Made by a program: the position numbers and the translations under genes | The notes under the pieces: generated by a model | Told to the model about the DNA's origin: nothing | What the model saw: the letters and a program-made list of their open reading frames with translations, nothing else | Database searches by the model: none | Part shown: positions 1 through 16,369 of the stretch, in pieces | How positions within the stretch are numbered: position 1 is the first letter of the stretch | How the letters are laid out: each line of letters starts with the position of its first letter | DNA from: the human T2T-CHM13v2.0 reference genome, Homo sapiens | Length of the DNA stretch: 64,000 nucleotides | Assembly: GCF_009914755.1 (NCBI RefSeq) | Contig: NC_060941.1 | Direction: 5' to 3' (one strand)

Positions 1-349
1 CATTGGACATATTTTTAGTACAGATAACAACTTTCATAATGATGCAAGCACTAAGAAAGCAAGGAACCCAGAAGTGGTTACGGTTGAAATGAAAGAAGAC
101 CAAGAGTTTGATTTGCAAATGACAAAAAATATGAACCAAAATAGTGACAGTGGCAGTACAAATAACTATAAAAGCCTGAAACCTAAATTAGAAAATCTGA
201 GTTCTTTACCACCAGATTCTGACAGAACATCAGAAGTATATCTACATGAAGAATTACAGCAAGACATGCAAAAGTTTAAGAATGAGGTCAACACATTAGA
301 AGAAGAGTTCCTGGCTTTGAAGAAAGAAAATGTTCAACTTCATAAAGAG
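1..349 (+). pseudogene. CCDC144-family (ANKRD26-related coiled-coil) exon, 3' part; likely a partial duplicated paralog
   Basis: Open frame 2..349 ([42 protein letters not shown]...[36 protein letters not shown]) resembles CCDC144A/B. It ends at phase-0 donor GAG|GTAGGG at 349/350. Confidence 0.8.
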
Positions 350-772
350 GTAGGGTTTTACTTGCTGCCACTCTTTGTTTTTTCTCTCAATTATCTGGTC
401 CATTCTGATTTTCCACTTAGGAAAAGCATATGAAAAGCATACAGTTTGGTTGTCTAAATCTGTAATTGTGTGTAGAAACAGAGGATTTCTAAGTAATAGG
501 AGTTTAGGAAAACTTTCTCATAATCGTTGTTTCTTAATTGACCTAAGTCTCTCTGTCAGTCTTCCAAGTGGCGTATGGATTGTGAAACTCATGTAGCCAT
601 ATATCATGTGACCTTCAGAACCAGGAGAGGCATCAAGAAAATCGCTAAAGGAAATGTGATGAGCTTGAGGGCTTTTTCCTTTTACCGACTTAAAGATGAG
701 TTGTGTCTAACAATAAGATGGGAATACAGTAGAAAGGAAGCAATGACTAAGTAGAGATATAAAAATGTATCT

Positions 773-1110
773 AGCAGGCGTGGTGGCAAACACCTGTAGT
801 CTCAGCTACTAGGGAGCCTAAGGCAGGAGGATCGTTTGAGGCCAGGCATTCTGGGCCGTAGTGTGCTATGCCGATCAGGTGTTCACACTAAGTTCGGCAT
901 CAATATGGTGACCTCCTGGGAGCGGGGCACCACCAGATTTGCTAAGGAAGGGTGAACCAGCCCAGGTCGGAAATGGAGCAGGTCATAAGTAACTCCTGTG
1001 CTGATCAGTAGTGGGATCGTGCCTGTGAATAGCTGCTGCATTCCAGCCTGGGCAACATAGTGAGACCTCATCTCTTACTAAAAAAAAAAAAAAAAGAAAA
1101 GAAAAAAGAA
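773..1110 (+). pseudogene. Full-length 7SL (SRP) RNA processed pseudogene
   Basis: 773-1075 follows RN7SL1 end to end, including the S domain (GCACTAAGTTCGGCATCAATATGGTGACCTCC-like; CCCAGGTCGGAAA tetraloop helix). A-tail 1080-1110; degraded TSD aaaaatgtatct / aagaagtatcc. Confidence 0.95.
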
Positions 1111-2382
1111 GTATCCAGCCCTGAGAGCTGCAGCAAATATTCCTGGCCAATGAATCTGTTTATTGTGCTTTTCAGGTTTATCTGTTTAACTCAAACTGTT
1201 GGAACTTAGAATTGCATCATGACCACTTTAAATATTTTTCAACAAGTATATACACTTTAATATATTTGTTAATATAACTACTCTCCACTGTTTCTGTTGA
1301 ATCAGACCTTTATGTTATGTTGCTTAATAAAGTACAGTAAGTTTTGGCATATATATTTTTTCCATGTAAGTAGCATAAATGCTCAGCCAAACACTTAGTA
1401 TATGATGCCAAAGTAGAAAGCTGAGTCTTCTACATTGATTAGGGCAGGCCTCCCACCCTCCGCTAAGGCATTAAATTATTTTACCCAAGTCACACTTTTA
1501 ACCTATCTGATTAATTTGCCGAATTTGTCTGATTCAGCATTATGGAATTGTACTGTCTCTTTTGGTGCCACAAAATGCTAGGTAATGGCACTTTAGGGGC
1601 TTTGGATCAATCATTTTAATCTTTTTTGGCTTTAGCCCAGTTATCAATAGAGAGTGAGCTAAAGTAGATTCTTATACTGTATATCCTCCAGCTATAAACT
1701 TTTATGGCTATTGAATGTGAAATTTGGGAAGCATCTCATTTCCAGAATTCCACCCTAGCTCAGCAGTTTCACTCTGCTTTTTGTGTTGTGGCAGACTTGT
1801 ATTTCAGTAAGCACCTTCACCTTTTTGATATCCCAGGATTCAAATGAAAAAAAAAAAAAAGACAAAAGTTAGTGGGGGAAAAGAATAGCTTAGTGCAGAA
1901 AAGGGAAAGCTTCCTTTCTTTTCCTGAAACCCCACAGTGTTGTATCCTCTCAATCTGGCTGTTTAATATGAAAGTCAAGTGGCAAAGATAGAAGAAGACA
2001 CGCTTTGTGTCTTTATCTTCTTGTTTCCATGTTTGTGCCAGTCAAATGAGGTAAAAATTCATAATACATAGTGAAGGGTGGTTGGGAATAAAAGCACAAA
2101 ATTAAGAAGGGCCCTGGTTGAAATTTTGGAAAATTCTGTCTCATTCATTGAAACAGAAATGAAGCTGACTTTACAAAAATGTTGATGATAAAATTATAAT
2201 AATTATAATTATATGATGATAGTTCCAGATGTGATAAAATTAAAGTAAGCACCAAATATTTTAATGACTAAAATTATAATTAAACTGAGTCAAGTGATGA
2301 TGAAATCAATGCAAACAGAAAAAAGTTCTTTGTATTGAATAAAGCAATAAGAATCATCCTGAACATCAAACTCTCACTCAAG

Positions 2383-2519
2383 GTTGAAGAAGAAATGGAG
2401 AAGCACAGAAGTAATAGCACAGAATTATCAGGAACCCTAACTGATGGTACTACTGTTGGCAATGATGATGATGGACTAAATCAGCAGATTCCTAGGAAGG
2501 AAAATGAAGAGCATGACAG
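2383..2519 (+). pseudogene. Second CCDC144-family exon (137 nt)
   Basis: Acceptor ctctcactcaAG|GTT and donor GACAG|GTAAGC. Encodes [45 protein letters not shown](R), in frame with exon 1..349; matches the CCDC144/ANKRD26 DDDGL.Q motif. Confidence 0.82.
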
Positions 2520-2553
2520 GTAAGCCTATAGCAGCGTTTAACAGGAGACAATT

Positions 2554-2874
2554 GGTCAAGCGTGGTGGCTCACGCCTGTAATCCAGCAATTTGGGAGGCC
2601 AAGGCGGGTGAATCACCTGAGGTCAGGAGTTCAAGACCAGCCTGACCAACATGGATAAACCCCATCTCTACTAAAAATACAAAATTAGCCAGGTGTAGTG
2701 GTGCATGCTTGTAATCCCAGTTACTCAGGAGGCTGAGGCAAGAGAATCGTTTGAACCTGGGAGGCGGGGTTGTGGTGAGCCGTGATCATGCCATTGCACT
2801 CGAGCCTGGGCAACAAGAGTAAAACTCCATTTCAAAAAAAAAAAAAAAAAGCAAAAACAGAAACAAAAACAAAA
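2554..2874 (+). mobile_element. AluS with 14-bp TSD
   Basis: Dimeric Alu with A-tail; AACAGGAGACAATT at 2540-2553 and 2875-2888. Confidence 0.93.
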
Positions 2875-3844
2875 AACAGGAGACAATTATGTGCTATGAA
2901 ATGAATCCTAATTTGGGCTAATATTCATGATGAACAGATTTTATACTTTTACTAGGATATTCAGCCTTCCTTGGTTATCAGAAAAATGCAAACTAACAAT
3001 GAGACACCATGTTTTCCAATCATATTGATATTTTATTTAAAAAATAGGAAGTATTGGCAAATGTGAAGAAAAAGGCGTAAATTCATACACTTGTTAAATG
3101 AAATTGATGAATCCTTTTTGCAGGGTAATTTAGTAGCATGTATCAAAATTTCAAATATGTCACTTCTTTAACCTAACAACTTCACTTTTGGGACAAGATC
3201 CTACAGGAAAATATGACTTGTGTAAACACATACACATATGTGTTAAGGACATTTATTACATGTAGTATGTAACATACAATAGGCTAATAGGTTAAATATA
3301 TATAATGTTAAGTATATATGATATATTTATGTCAAGGATATTTATATGTGTTACATATATATTTATGTATAAGGATATTTATTATAGCATTGTAATATAA
3401 AGAAGTTGGAGATAGTCTAAATCCTTAGCAATAAGGAAATAGTACAATTGTCATACCCAGAAAATAATGTAGCATGCACTCATTTTAATAAAAGAAGTTG
3501 TTAGACCAGGAGTGTACTGATTATTTCACAATTAAAGTCTATTTAAAGCCTTTAGTTTGATGACACATCTTAAGCCAGTTTTGTTGGAATTCTCGTAATA
3601 TCTGCTGAGTTACAAAAGGAAGCTAGCTACATGCTACATTGACACTGTACCTTGTTAGCAACAGAATTCTAGTTATTAAATTTTTGTTTTTTGCTGTCCA
3701 TGTGTGAGTGCTGAAATACCAGATCCTCAAATTAATCTGAATATTGCCAAGGGATTGCACATGGGGATTCATGTTCCGTGTCAGCTTTTCAATATACTGG
3801 GTAAAACTTACTAAAATACAACAGAGGATCTTAGCTCTACTGAA

Positions 3845-4006
3845 CCAAGAATTGGACAGCTCTTTTTGTAAAGAGCCAGTTAGTAAACATTTTAGGCCTT
3901 GTGAATTACAAAGGGCATAAGTGTGGCTGCATTTTAAGGAACTTTCCTTATGAAAACAGGCAGTGGGCTGGATTTGCTCCACAAGCACCGATTTGTTTAT
4001 CCTTGT
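3845..4006 (+). mobile_element. MER58-like hAT DNA transposon remnant
   Basis: ttttgtaaagagccag.tagtaaacattttaggc ... aaaacaggcagtgggctggatttg resembles MER58. Confidence 0.6.
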
Positions 4007-4599
4007 GCTAAAACCAAGGTGCTGTTATGCAGTGAATCCTCTTTTTAAAGGTACCCTACATGCATGCCATTATCCTTTCTTTTAAAAGATAATGTATTTC
4101 AGTAGGAAACACACCATATTTTTCAACAGTAGCTTCATATAATTTAGACAAATTTGATTTACAAAATAAGATTATTTTCTGCCCTTGTCCCCTTTTATTC
4201 TTGTCATAGAATTCCATATTTTGACTATTACTTTGTATATTTGATGAGTATAAAATATTCTAGAGTTAGATGGTTTTTATCAAGCAAGAAATACTTCTCC
4301 TGAAACTTTTAGTCTTCTTTGGTCTTTATGTATAAGCATGAGCAAAATGATAATCAGCTTATATAATCTAGAAATGTTCAAGAGGTCTTTTGGTTTTATA
4401 AGTTAATGAATTTTTATTTAATACCTTCATCTGGCATTTCAAAAATGCCATATATATCATTTTAAAAAAACTTTTAAAGGGTAAAAATATAGTATATAGT
4501 TATATAAGAATTGAAAAATACAGCTAAACAAGAAGAAAATTAGATCGTCTACAGTCATGCCCCTAGGTATGCTGGCCTTGAAAGAATGGTTTATACTCA

Positions 4600-6105
4600 T
4601 GGATTCAGATTTCTTGTCCATTCTCTCTTGAGCTGATACGAGTAATTTTCACTCCCACCACTCTTCCAAGATTGTTGTTCTCAAGTTTACCATTGATTTG
4701 TAAATCTAGACATTGTTTCTTAGACCTTATTTTATTTAACCTGTCAGCAATATTGGACCCAATGGAAAACTCTCTCCTCCATAACAGTGTCTTCACTTGG
4801 CTTTCAGGATCTCACTCACTCACCTGGCTTTTCTTCCTGCCTTTCCAGTCCATCTGTCATAGTCTGTTTTGCTTTCTTCTCATATCCCACCTTTTACACA
4901 TTGATATGTCCCAGGACTGATATGTCCCAGGACTCAGTCCTCAATCTTCTTTCTCATGACTTTTACTACCTTGTGTGTGCTAATGATTTCCAAATGCGTG
5001 TCTCCAGCCTAGATCTCTCTCCTTAATTCCAGACTTCCATACCAACCTGCCTACTTGACATCTCTGTTTGATTGGTCACAAACTGTTGGGTATCACAAAC
5101 TTACCAGGTCCAAGATTGGGGTACCGATATTCTTTCTCATACCTACCCCTCACATGGTCTTTCCTACTTGCATTAATGGCAACTCTTGCAGTTGCTCTGC
5201 TAGAAACTAAGGGGTCGTCATTGACTCCCCTCTCTCTCTGACACCTCACATCTAATCTGTCAGCAGATCTTGTCAGGAGTACCTGAAGAATATATCCAGA
5301 AGCCAGTCATATCTTCCATTTCCAAGCCACCACCATCTGCTCTCTAGATGCATGTAATAGACTGTTAATTGGTCTGTTTTTTTTTTTAAAGAAACCTCTT
5401 TTCATTAATCCTTAACTCAGTGGCCATACTTAAAACATAAGTCAGATGATGTCATTCTTCTGCTCAGATCCATCTGATTGCCTCCCATTTCACTCTGAGT
5501 ATGTGTCAGGGTTCCTCCTCATACCTAGAAGGCAACACACAATATGCCCTGTTCTCTCTGTCACTTAAACTTCTGTTTCTTATTCCCTTTGCTGTGCTTC
5601 AGCTACACTAAACTTCTTGCTCTTCGTTATCTATCACAGTTGGAAGGCAACACACAATATGACCTGTTCTCTCTCTCACTTAAACTTCTGTTTCTTATTC
5701 CCTTTGCTGTGCTTCAGCTACACTAAACTTCTTGCTCTTCATTATCTATCACAGTTGCTTAAACACCCCAGGCACACCTCTGTACTGGGCAGTTCCCTGT
5801 GTTTGGGATGCCTTTTCCTCAGATAGCCTCCTGGCTTTCTTTTTCCATTCCTTCAGTTCTTTACTTAAAAGCCCCTTTCTCAATAAGGACTTTTCTGGCC
5901 ATCCTAGAATTCCCACTATCCCTCCTCTCAAACCTGTAAACATTTCATTTTCCTGCTTTAGTTTTTCTCCTTTAACACTGTATATTTTGCCTAATCTATC
6001 TATGGTTATTGTGTTTATTTCACTCCCATGAGTAGGATGTTTGTGTGCCTAGAAAAGGGCCTAGCTTGCAATAAGTAGCTACTCAATAAATATTTATTAA
6101 ATGAG
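4600..6105 (+). mobile_element. LINE-2 3' portion
   Basis: RT-region similarity at 4740-4850 (ctgtcagcaatattggac...cttggctttcaggat...cctggctttt) and L2 3' terminus ctcaataaatatttattaaatga near 6083-6103. Confidence 0.75.
5528..5757. repeat. 115-bp tandem duplication (2 copies) inside L2
   Basis: Units 5528-5642 and 5643-5757 differ at 3 positions. Confidence 0.95.
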
Positions 6106-7622
6106 CAACTGAAGTTTACCCTTCGGTGTATTGTTTTAAACATTAGATTGATTCTCAGGTAAAAAAAAAAAAAAAAAAAAAGAAAAAGAAAGGTTTCACA
6201 TGGGTTCATTCTAACACTTTTGCCTGGAAATTATATGTGTTTTTGGATTTTTTGGCTCTTTGTAATAAGCTACATTCTTTGTATTAATAGTTTTCCATTT
6301 AGAGAGAAAAGCTCAATATTGTCGTTACTCACTATTTATTCTTTTACTAATAATCATGATAGTTTTACTTATGATAAAATGGATCAAAGGAATTACATAG
6401 TTCATTGGTAATTTATAAAGAAAATTAAAATATAAGGGTGGTAAATTTAATGGACTTAAAATTGTTTCCAATTGATTATGAACCTTCAGTATTTGAAGTT
6501 AAAAGACCAAGTTGGAATGTGTTGCTTTCTATAAGAGAGCTATGCTCATCAGGCACTCTGTATTCTGATAGAGCAGCTGTTGATCTTACATAGGGTTGCG
6601 GGAGGAGCGGACTTGAAGCATTGGCAGACTCTCAGCGGCATAAGAGGGTTAACATCATCTGGAGAAACATGGCTATCTGAGTGAGGCTGCTGTGGGTTGG
6701 TTAACACTCCCAGGCTTGTGGATTGGAGCGAGTTTGTGTTTAATTGGCTGTCTTTCCAAAGCAAGTGGCCCACATTGATATTGGTTGGTGAGAGAGGCCA
6801 ATGGTCACTGATGATTGACTGTATTTACAACTGGCTGTGGGTGGTTGCTTGTTACAAATATAGCTACTAAGTTTGAGACAACTTTAAACTGCAGTTTTCT
6901 GTTTAAAAGTTGCCTTCCATCAACTATGTTTAAAATGAAAATGATTTCATATTCCAGAACTATAGACTTAATTTGGAAGTGTGGGTCAAGAGGAATTGTT
7001 TAATAATTGCTCTCAGGAAGATCTCTTTTTTTGATGCTTAGTCTTAACCAGAAGAATTCGCTACATAGTTAAAAAACAAACAAACAAACAAACAAACAAA
7101 AAGCAATTATTAATTTTGTTTCGGTTTTTAGTATTTTCAGAGACTTCTGCTAAACTCCTAATCTCCAGTGGGATATGTTTGTCTCTTTGTTAATGTATGT
7201 AGTTATATGATAGTGATATTCTTTTTTTTATTCCTTAATCTTTTTTTGTTCACTTTCTCTTCCATGCAATGATAGTGATATAATGTGTGTTTACTTCATA
7301 AAAAAGTAATTACAATTTTCTGCTGGCAAATCCAGCTTTTTATATTAAGACTAAGTACTAGACTAAATATGTGGGAAATTTACCAAATTATTTTATTTTC
7401 AAACAAACATATAACTAATCAGAATATTGCTATTTTTGAACAATATATAATGACTATACTGATATTTAGGAATTTTAACACTAAGATTTTTTTCTTCCCG
7501 AGACATTTCCTTGATTTCTTTCATGTAATATGTGCCTGTTATTTTTAAAACTTGGTTTAATCTGTTTAAACATTATTGTATTTAAAAACAAAACCCAAAA
7601 CATAGCACAGATCTAAATATGA

Positions 7623-7954
<332 letters not shown>

Positions 7955-7958
7955 AGCT

Positions 7959-8628
<670 letters not shown>

Positions 8629-9149
8629 TGATCTGGGCCACCCTCTTAGATTCAAAGGCAGAATCAACAGGAATCTGATCTAACTGTTCTGAGCCCTGGA
8701 GCTTGGGCCCAGGCCTGTCTCCTCGGCTTCCTCCTGGATGGTGGGCTGCGAGGGCGGTTACAGCATTGTCCATCCATGTCCCCAGCTCTGAGTCCCTCAC
8801 CTTCCAGACTCTCCTCAGCTGTCACCAACTGTTTGAGTTAGTTTCCCCAGGCCTCTCAGCTTCTACCTCTAAATGCCAGCAAAGGAGTGAAATCACACAC
8901 CGGGAAAGCCTGTGGGAGGTGGAAGCTTCCCAGAGCAGGGCCTCAGTGGAGACAGGATTTCCGCAAGCAAAGAAGGGAACAACAGCACAGGCAGAGCTGC
9001 AGAGGTAGCGGAGGGGCTGGAGGGCAGCTGCACTGAGGGCAGGTGCCCAGAGGGAGTGGGAGGGAAGTCAAGACAGACAGTCCACAGGGACTGCAAGCAG
9101 GGCAGAAGACCTGTCCTTCAGGCCGGCAGATTTTAAAAAATAAACTTTA

Positions 9150-9311
9150 AGCCAGGTGCAGGGGCACATGTCTGTAGTCCTAACTACTTGGGAAGCTGAG
9201 GCAGCAGGATCACTGGAATCCAGGAGGCTGGGGCTGCAGTGAGCTATGATCACACCACTGTACTCCAGCCTGGGCGACAGAGTAAGACTCCGTCTCAAAA
9301 AAAAAAAAAAA
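9150..9311 (+). mobile_element. Alu right-arm monomer (FRAM/AluJ-like)
   Basis: Single-arm Alu sequence with A-tail. Confidence 0.8.
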
Positions 9312-9536
9312 TTAAAAATGAGTTACTTATATCATCTGGATATATGTCCTTTGTCATCGGATATAGGTCCTTTGTCTTCAGATATATGTAGTGTGAATAT
9401 TTTCTCCCAATCTGTGTCTTTCGATATAGGCAGTTAAAAAAAAATGAATGTATTTAATCCTTTCAAAGGCTCTACACTATTTTGGGAGAATGAGAGGGCT
9501 TCAATCTGTTACACACAGACTTAGAGTGATATGTCA

Positions 9537-9884
<348 letters not shown>

Positions 9885-9996
9885 TTAGGTAAGAGGTAGG
9901 TGTGTTCCTTAAAAAAGTGGCATATCAACTAAATCTGGGTGAGTTAGGCCTCTGAGGGTGGCCGTTTGCAGGTCTGTAACATCTAAGGGGGAGAGA

Positions 9997-10494
<498 letters not shown>

Positions 10495-10589
10495 TGATTT
10501 GTGAATGTATGTGTCATCCACATGGGGAACATTTGAGTGTGAGTGATGTCTTCATGTATGTGTGAGATACCTGTGTGTACATATGACAT

Positions 10590-10908
10590 CAGAGTCCTTC
10601 ACTGGACATTGCAAAGGACGCTGGTGGGGTAGGGCCTCTTTCTTACTGAGTTCACAGAATGAAGTGCCATAGGGGCCTCCAAGTGCTGGTGGCCCTGTTG
10701 GCATTACTGGGCAGAGCTTGCCTGAGAATAAAATCACCAAAGAAAGACAAAACCCTGGAGATAGTGGAGCACTGGATCTAGCCATACGAAGCTGTCCCCT
10801 GGGCTTTTTAGCTGTGGAAGTCAGCCTCACCCCTCCTCAGTTAGCCCCTTTCCCTTTACATTTAGCTGGTTCAAGCTGAGTTTTATTGCAAAAGTCCTGA
10901 CTAATACA
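10590..10908 (+). mobile_element. MaLR LTR (MLT1J/K-like) remnant
   Basis: Ends in the MLT1-type terminus ttgcaaaagtcctgactaataca; internal ctggatctagccata motif. Confidence 0.6.
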
Positions 10909-11769
10909 AATACTTATGATAGAATGTGAATGGGGAAAGCCTTCCATTTACTAAGATTTCAAGCAAATGCAAGATTTGAATGCTTCAGAAGGAGGTACAC
11001 CAGCCTTACCCCCTGGAGGCCCCAGGAAGCAAAGCCACCAAGGCAGGCCTCAGCACCACCAGGCCCCAGTCCTTAGGCCTCCCTAGGAGGTGCTTCCAGT
11101 GAAGGGGGAAGGAAAAACTGCTTGCAGGACAGTGGCATAGGGGCTCTCCAGCTGGGGCAGGGCAGTGTAGGTAGGGGAGGAGATCAGTGGGCCCGAAGTT
11201 TGGCTTAGGGTGCTCCTCCCTCCAGCTTAAGGGAGGGATTTAGAGAGGCTGAGCCAGAGATACAAGGTTTGGAGAGTGTTTGTTATGATTCGGGCTAGAG
11301 GCCTTGGCGATGCCTGTCTTTGGCAGGGAGAGACCCGATAAAGTTGAGTTGGGGGGTAATTTACCGGGGGATCATCAGTCCCTGATTCTGCACTTTCCAA
11401 TTATGGAAATGAAAAAAAAGTCCTGGTGGGTGGGGTGCTGCTGTGAGCCAGCACAGTGTCACCAGTAGTGCCCAGGAGAAAGCTGTTGAGAGTAGGGTGT
11501 GGGCAAAGGGCTCAAAGCCCAGATCTTGGCTAGGTGCTGCCACCAGGAGGAGGAGGCTGCCACGGGGGCCTGTGTGTGGGCCGTGCCAACCTTGCTGTGG
11601 CTTTGGTTTATTGACATTACCATAAATATGTTATTCTACTCCATCCACCTCAATAGTGACATGAAGTAGGTGGCATTAGCCCATTTACAGATGAGGAAAC
11701 TAACAGAGAGAAATGACTTCTAAGGTTGTACAGCTAAAATGGTAATGCTAATGCTAATATATATATATA

Positions 11770-13001
<1,232 letters not shown>

Positions 13002-13756
13002 TAATTTTAAAAGCCCAGAAAACATTGACTATTCACTTGGACAAGCTAAAAATAATGGATGGTGCCTGGTGTTGGTGAAGATGAAGAGACATGGATGCTC
13101 TTCCACCTTCCTGGTGAGACTGTAAATTGGTACAAAATTTCAGGGAACAAAATTTTAAAAGGGCATATCCTTTGACCAAACAAGCTTACCTCTAGAAATT
13201 TAACGTGAGGAAATACTTGGGCAAAGGTAGAAAGACAGGTTATGTATTAATAGTAAAAAGTGCCCAGAATGAGGGATTAGTTAAGAGAAAATAATGGTTC
13301 ATCCATATCACAATAGCTCATAATCGCTGCGGTTAATAGAAAGTGGTAGTCAACTGTGTGCCAGATAACTCAAGTGGTCATCAAGATTCCCCTATGACAT
13401 AGATGCTGTTATTATTCCTATTTTGTAGATGAGGAAACAGGTATAGAGAGGTTAAGAAACTTGTTGAGGTCACACAGCTGGTGAGGAGAGAAGGAATTTG
13501 GATCTAGGCGCTGGTTCCCAAGACTACAGTCTTTCATTCACAGCTCATATCATGATGATGTCGACCTGAATTCATCAACATGGAATCATGCCTGCAATAA
13601 ATTGTTACAGGGAAAAGGCATATTGGAAAATTCCAAGAGTGGCTACCTCTCCACATGGGATAATGGCAAATATCTTTTTAATTTTTTCTTCTTTCTCATT
13701 TGAATTTTTCTTACAATGTGTAAATATTATTATGCTTACAAAAGACAATGAAGTTC

Positions 13757-13890
13757 TTAGTCCCAGCTGCTGGGGAGCTGAGGCAGGAGAACCGCTTGAA
13801 CCCAGGAGGCAGAGGTTGCAGTGATCCAAGATCGCGCCACGGCACTCAAGCCTGGATGACAGAGTGAGACTCAGCCTCGGGAAAAAAAAA
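13757..13890 (+). mobile_element. 5'-truncated Alu (right arm) with perfect 16-bp TSD
   Basis: AAAGACAATGAAGTTC at 13741-13756 and 13891-13906. Confidence 0.9.
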
Positions 13891-13912
13891 AAAGACAATG
13901 AAGTTCCTTTCA

Positions 13913-14281
<369 letters not shown>

Positions 14282-15456
14282 CTATAGGAACTTCCAAGGC
14301 CTCCTTGGCTGGTGACCTGGCTTTGGCCTCCGCTGCCTCCTACAGCCAGGCAAGCTGCCATCCTCTTCCACTGGGGAAAAAGGGGTGCCTTGTTTTTCTT
14401 CCCTGATAGCCAGACAGGCGAGAGCAGAGAGGCAGCTGCAAAAGCTTCCTCGGTGCCTCATACTCATGGACTCCATCTAAAAGTAACTCCTCACCCCCAA
14501 CCATCATATGGCTGCTAATATTAGTGCTCATTTTTCCACTGAGGAAACAGAAACTTAGAGAGGTGGATCTGTCCAGGGTCATTTCCACAATGAGGACAGG
14601 AGGCAGGAAGCAGGCTCCATCCTAGTGATGGACACCTAAGTCCCTGTTTTTTCATTTGCACAACCATTTGAAGGAGAATCCTGTGTTTTTTGTTACACCA
14701 TACTGCTCAAAAATTTCTATCAAACTATAGCAAAGATTCCTTTCCTTCCTTTAAAAAATGTTGAAGGGAAATGTCTTAGACTTGAGTATCTTGATTTATA
14801 GTCGATATACAGCAGTTTAGCCCTTGAATATGGCCAATGACGTGTTGCAGCAAGCTGAGCACTTCTATTACATGCAAAGACTCTGACTGCAAACATCCAA
14901 GTGGGCAAGGGATTATCAAGTTTAGCAATGGACTAACCAAAAACTGCATTCGTGTGGAACTGACCACAAGCTTTACATTATGCTTTTGCTCCTTTCTTGC
15001 TCATTACCCATTGTATAACAAAATATGCCCAGACTTGGGCTTTAATAAAAAATTTCTTAGCTCTCAATTTTTTGTGGTTTGATTGGTCTTAGCTAGGTGG
15101 CTCTTGCTTAGGGTCTTTCATAAAGTTGCAGTCAGGTGGTGGCTGGGGCTGCAGTCACCTGGTGGGTCAGCTTGGCTGAACACCTACCATGGCACACTCC
15201 TATGGCCTAAACCCCAAGGATAAAGAGAATGAGAGTTTTGACATCAGCCTACAAGGGATTTCAATAGTCCTTGGAGAATGGATGGCGGATGGAAGAGTGG
15301 TATTGCTATAACAGAACAAATGAAACTACAAACTAAGTGCCTGCAGTGCGGGAAACTATTGAGGAGCAAGCCACCCCACTGCAGAACCCTGGACGCGGTG
15401 ATACACTGGAGCTAGCTCATTCTGGTTAATGAGAGTGGATTTTTTAAAAAATTCAA

Positions 15457-15603
15457 GGCCAGGTGTGGTGGCTCATGACTGCAATCCCAGCGTTTTGGAG
15501 GTCGAGGCGGGAGGATCACTTGAGCCCAGTTCGAGGCGGCAGTGAGCTATGATTGCACCACTGCACTCCAGCCTGGGCAACAGAGCAAGACTCTGTCTCT
15601 TAG
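15457..15603 (+). mobile_element. FLAM-type Alu monomer
   Basis: Left-arm start runs directly into the gcagtgagctatgattgcacc end. Confidence 0.75.
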
Positions 15604-16369
15604 AAAAGTTTTTTTTTTTCCAGTAATATTATTCTTGTATGGTGCAAACACTATATAATGCTGCGCTACTGCCCATTTTCTTTCCAGAAAGGATAAGGCA
15701 CTCAATTTTCCAGACATTTCTTGAGTACCATACTTGTGCCAGGCCCTGGGAAACAGTGATCAGCAGGAGGGACGAAGAGCCCACCCTCATGGGGCTTACA
15801 GTGTACAGGGGCTGAGGTGGTGATATTTGTCAAATAACCACCCAAACACTTAATTAGAAATCGTGATAAGCCCAATGAAAGAAAAATACATGAAACAGTT
15901 TTATTTGGGAAGGGAGTGGTTTAGGGAAGACTCGAAAGTGACAATGGAGCTATCAAGTTCAAGAAGGAGTTAGTAGGGGAGGAGGCTGCAGGAAGAAGTG
16001 CACGCCTGGAGGCAGGAACAGCATGTGTCCCGGTAGTTCAGGGTGGCGGGCCCAGGCGGGTGAGAAAGGGCAATGGAGAAGGAAGGAGAGGAGACCGTGC
16101 AGACACTGCAAGTGCCAGAAACCCGATCCACACTGGCTTCAGAGGGTGGAGGGGAGGTTCTTCTTGGCTTCCATAATAGAAATGTCCAGGGACCTACCGA
16201 CTTCAGATTCAGCGCAAACTCATCTGGGCCCGGTCTGTATCCCTCCCTCTCTTTTCTCTCAGCACTTTCCTCAGGCGGTTCCCCTCCTGGCATCCCAGCA
16301 GCTGCAGCATCAGCAGGAGAGAGTAAGCCTCTCCAGTCCCGGCGCAGGGATGGAGACGGTGTTTCGTGG

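Noticed and set aside
350-433. C-terminal part of ORF 74..433 ([11 protein letters not shown]...)
   Set aside because: Intron read-through past the donor at 349/350.
883-1071. 62-aa minus-strand ORF
   Set aside because: Antisense translation of the 7SL pseudogene.
6135-6200. Possible decayed third CCDC144 micro-exon (cattAG...A-run...AAAG|GTTT)
   Set aside because: Mostly poly-A with no recognisable peptide match; cannot be supported without alignment.
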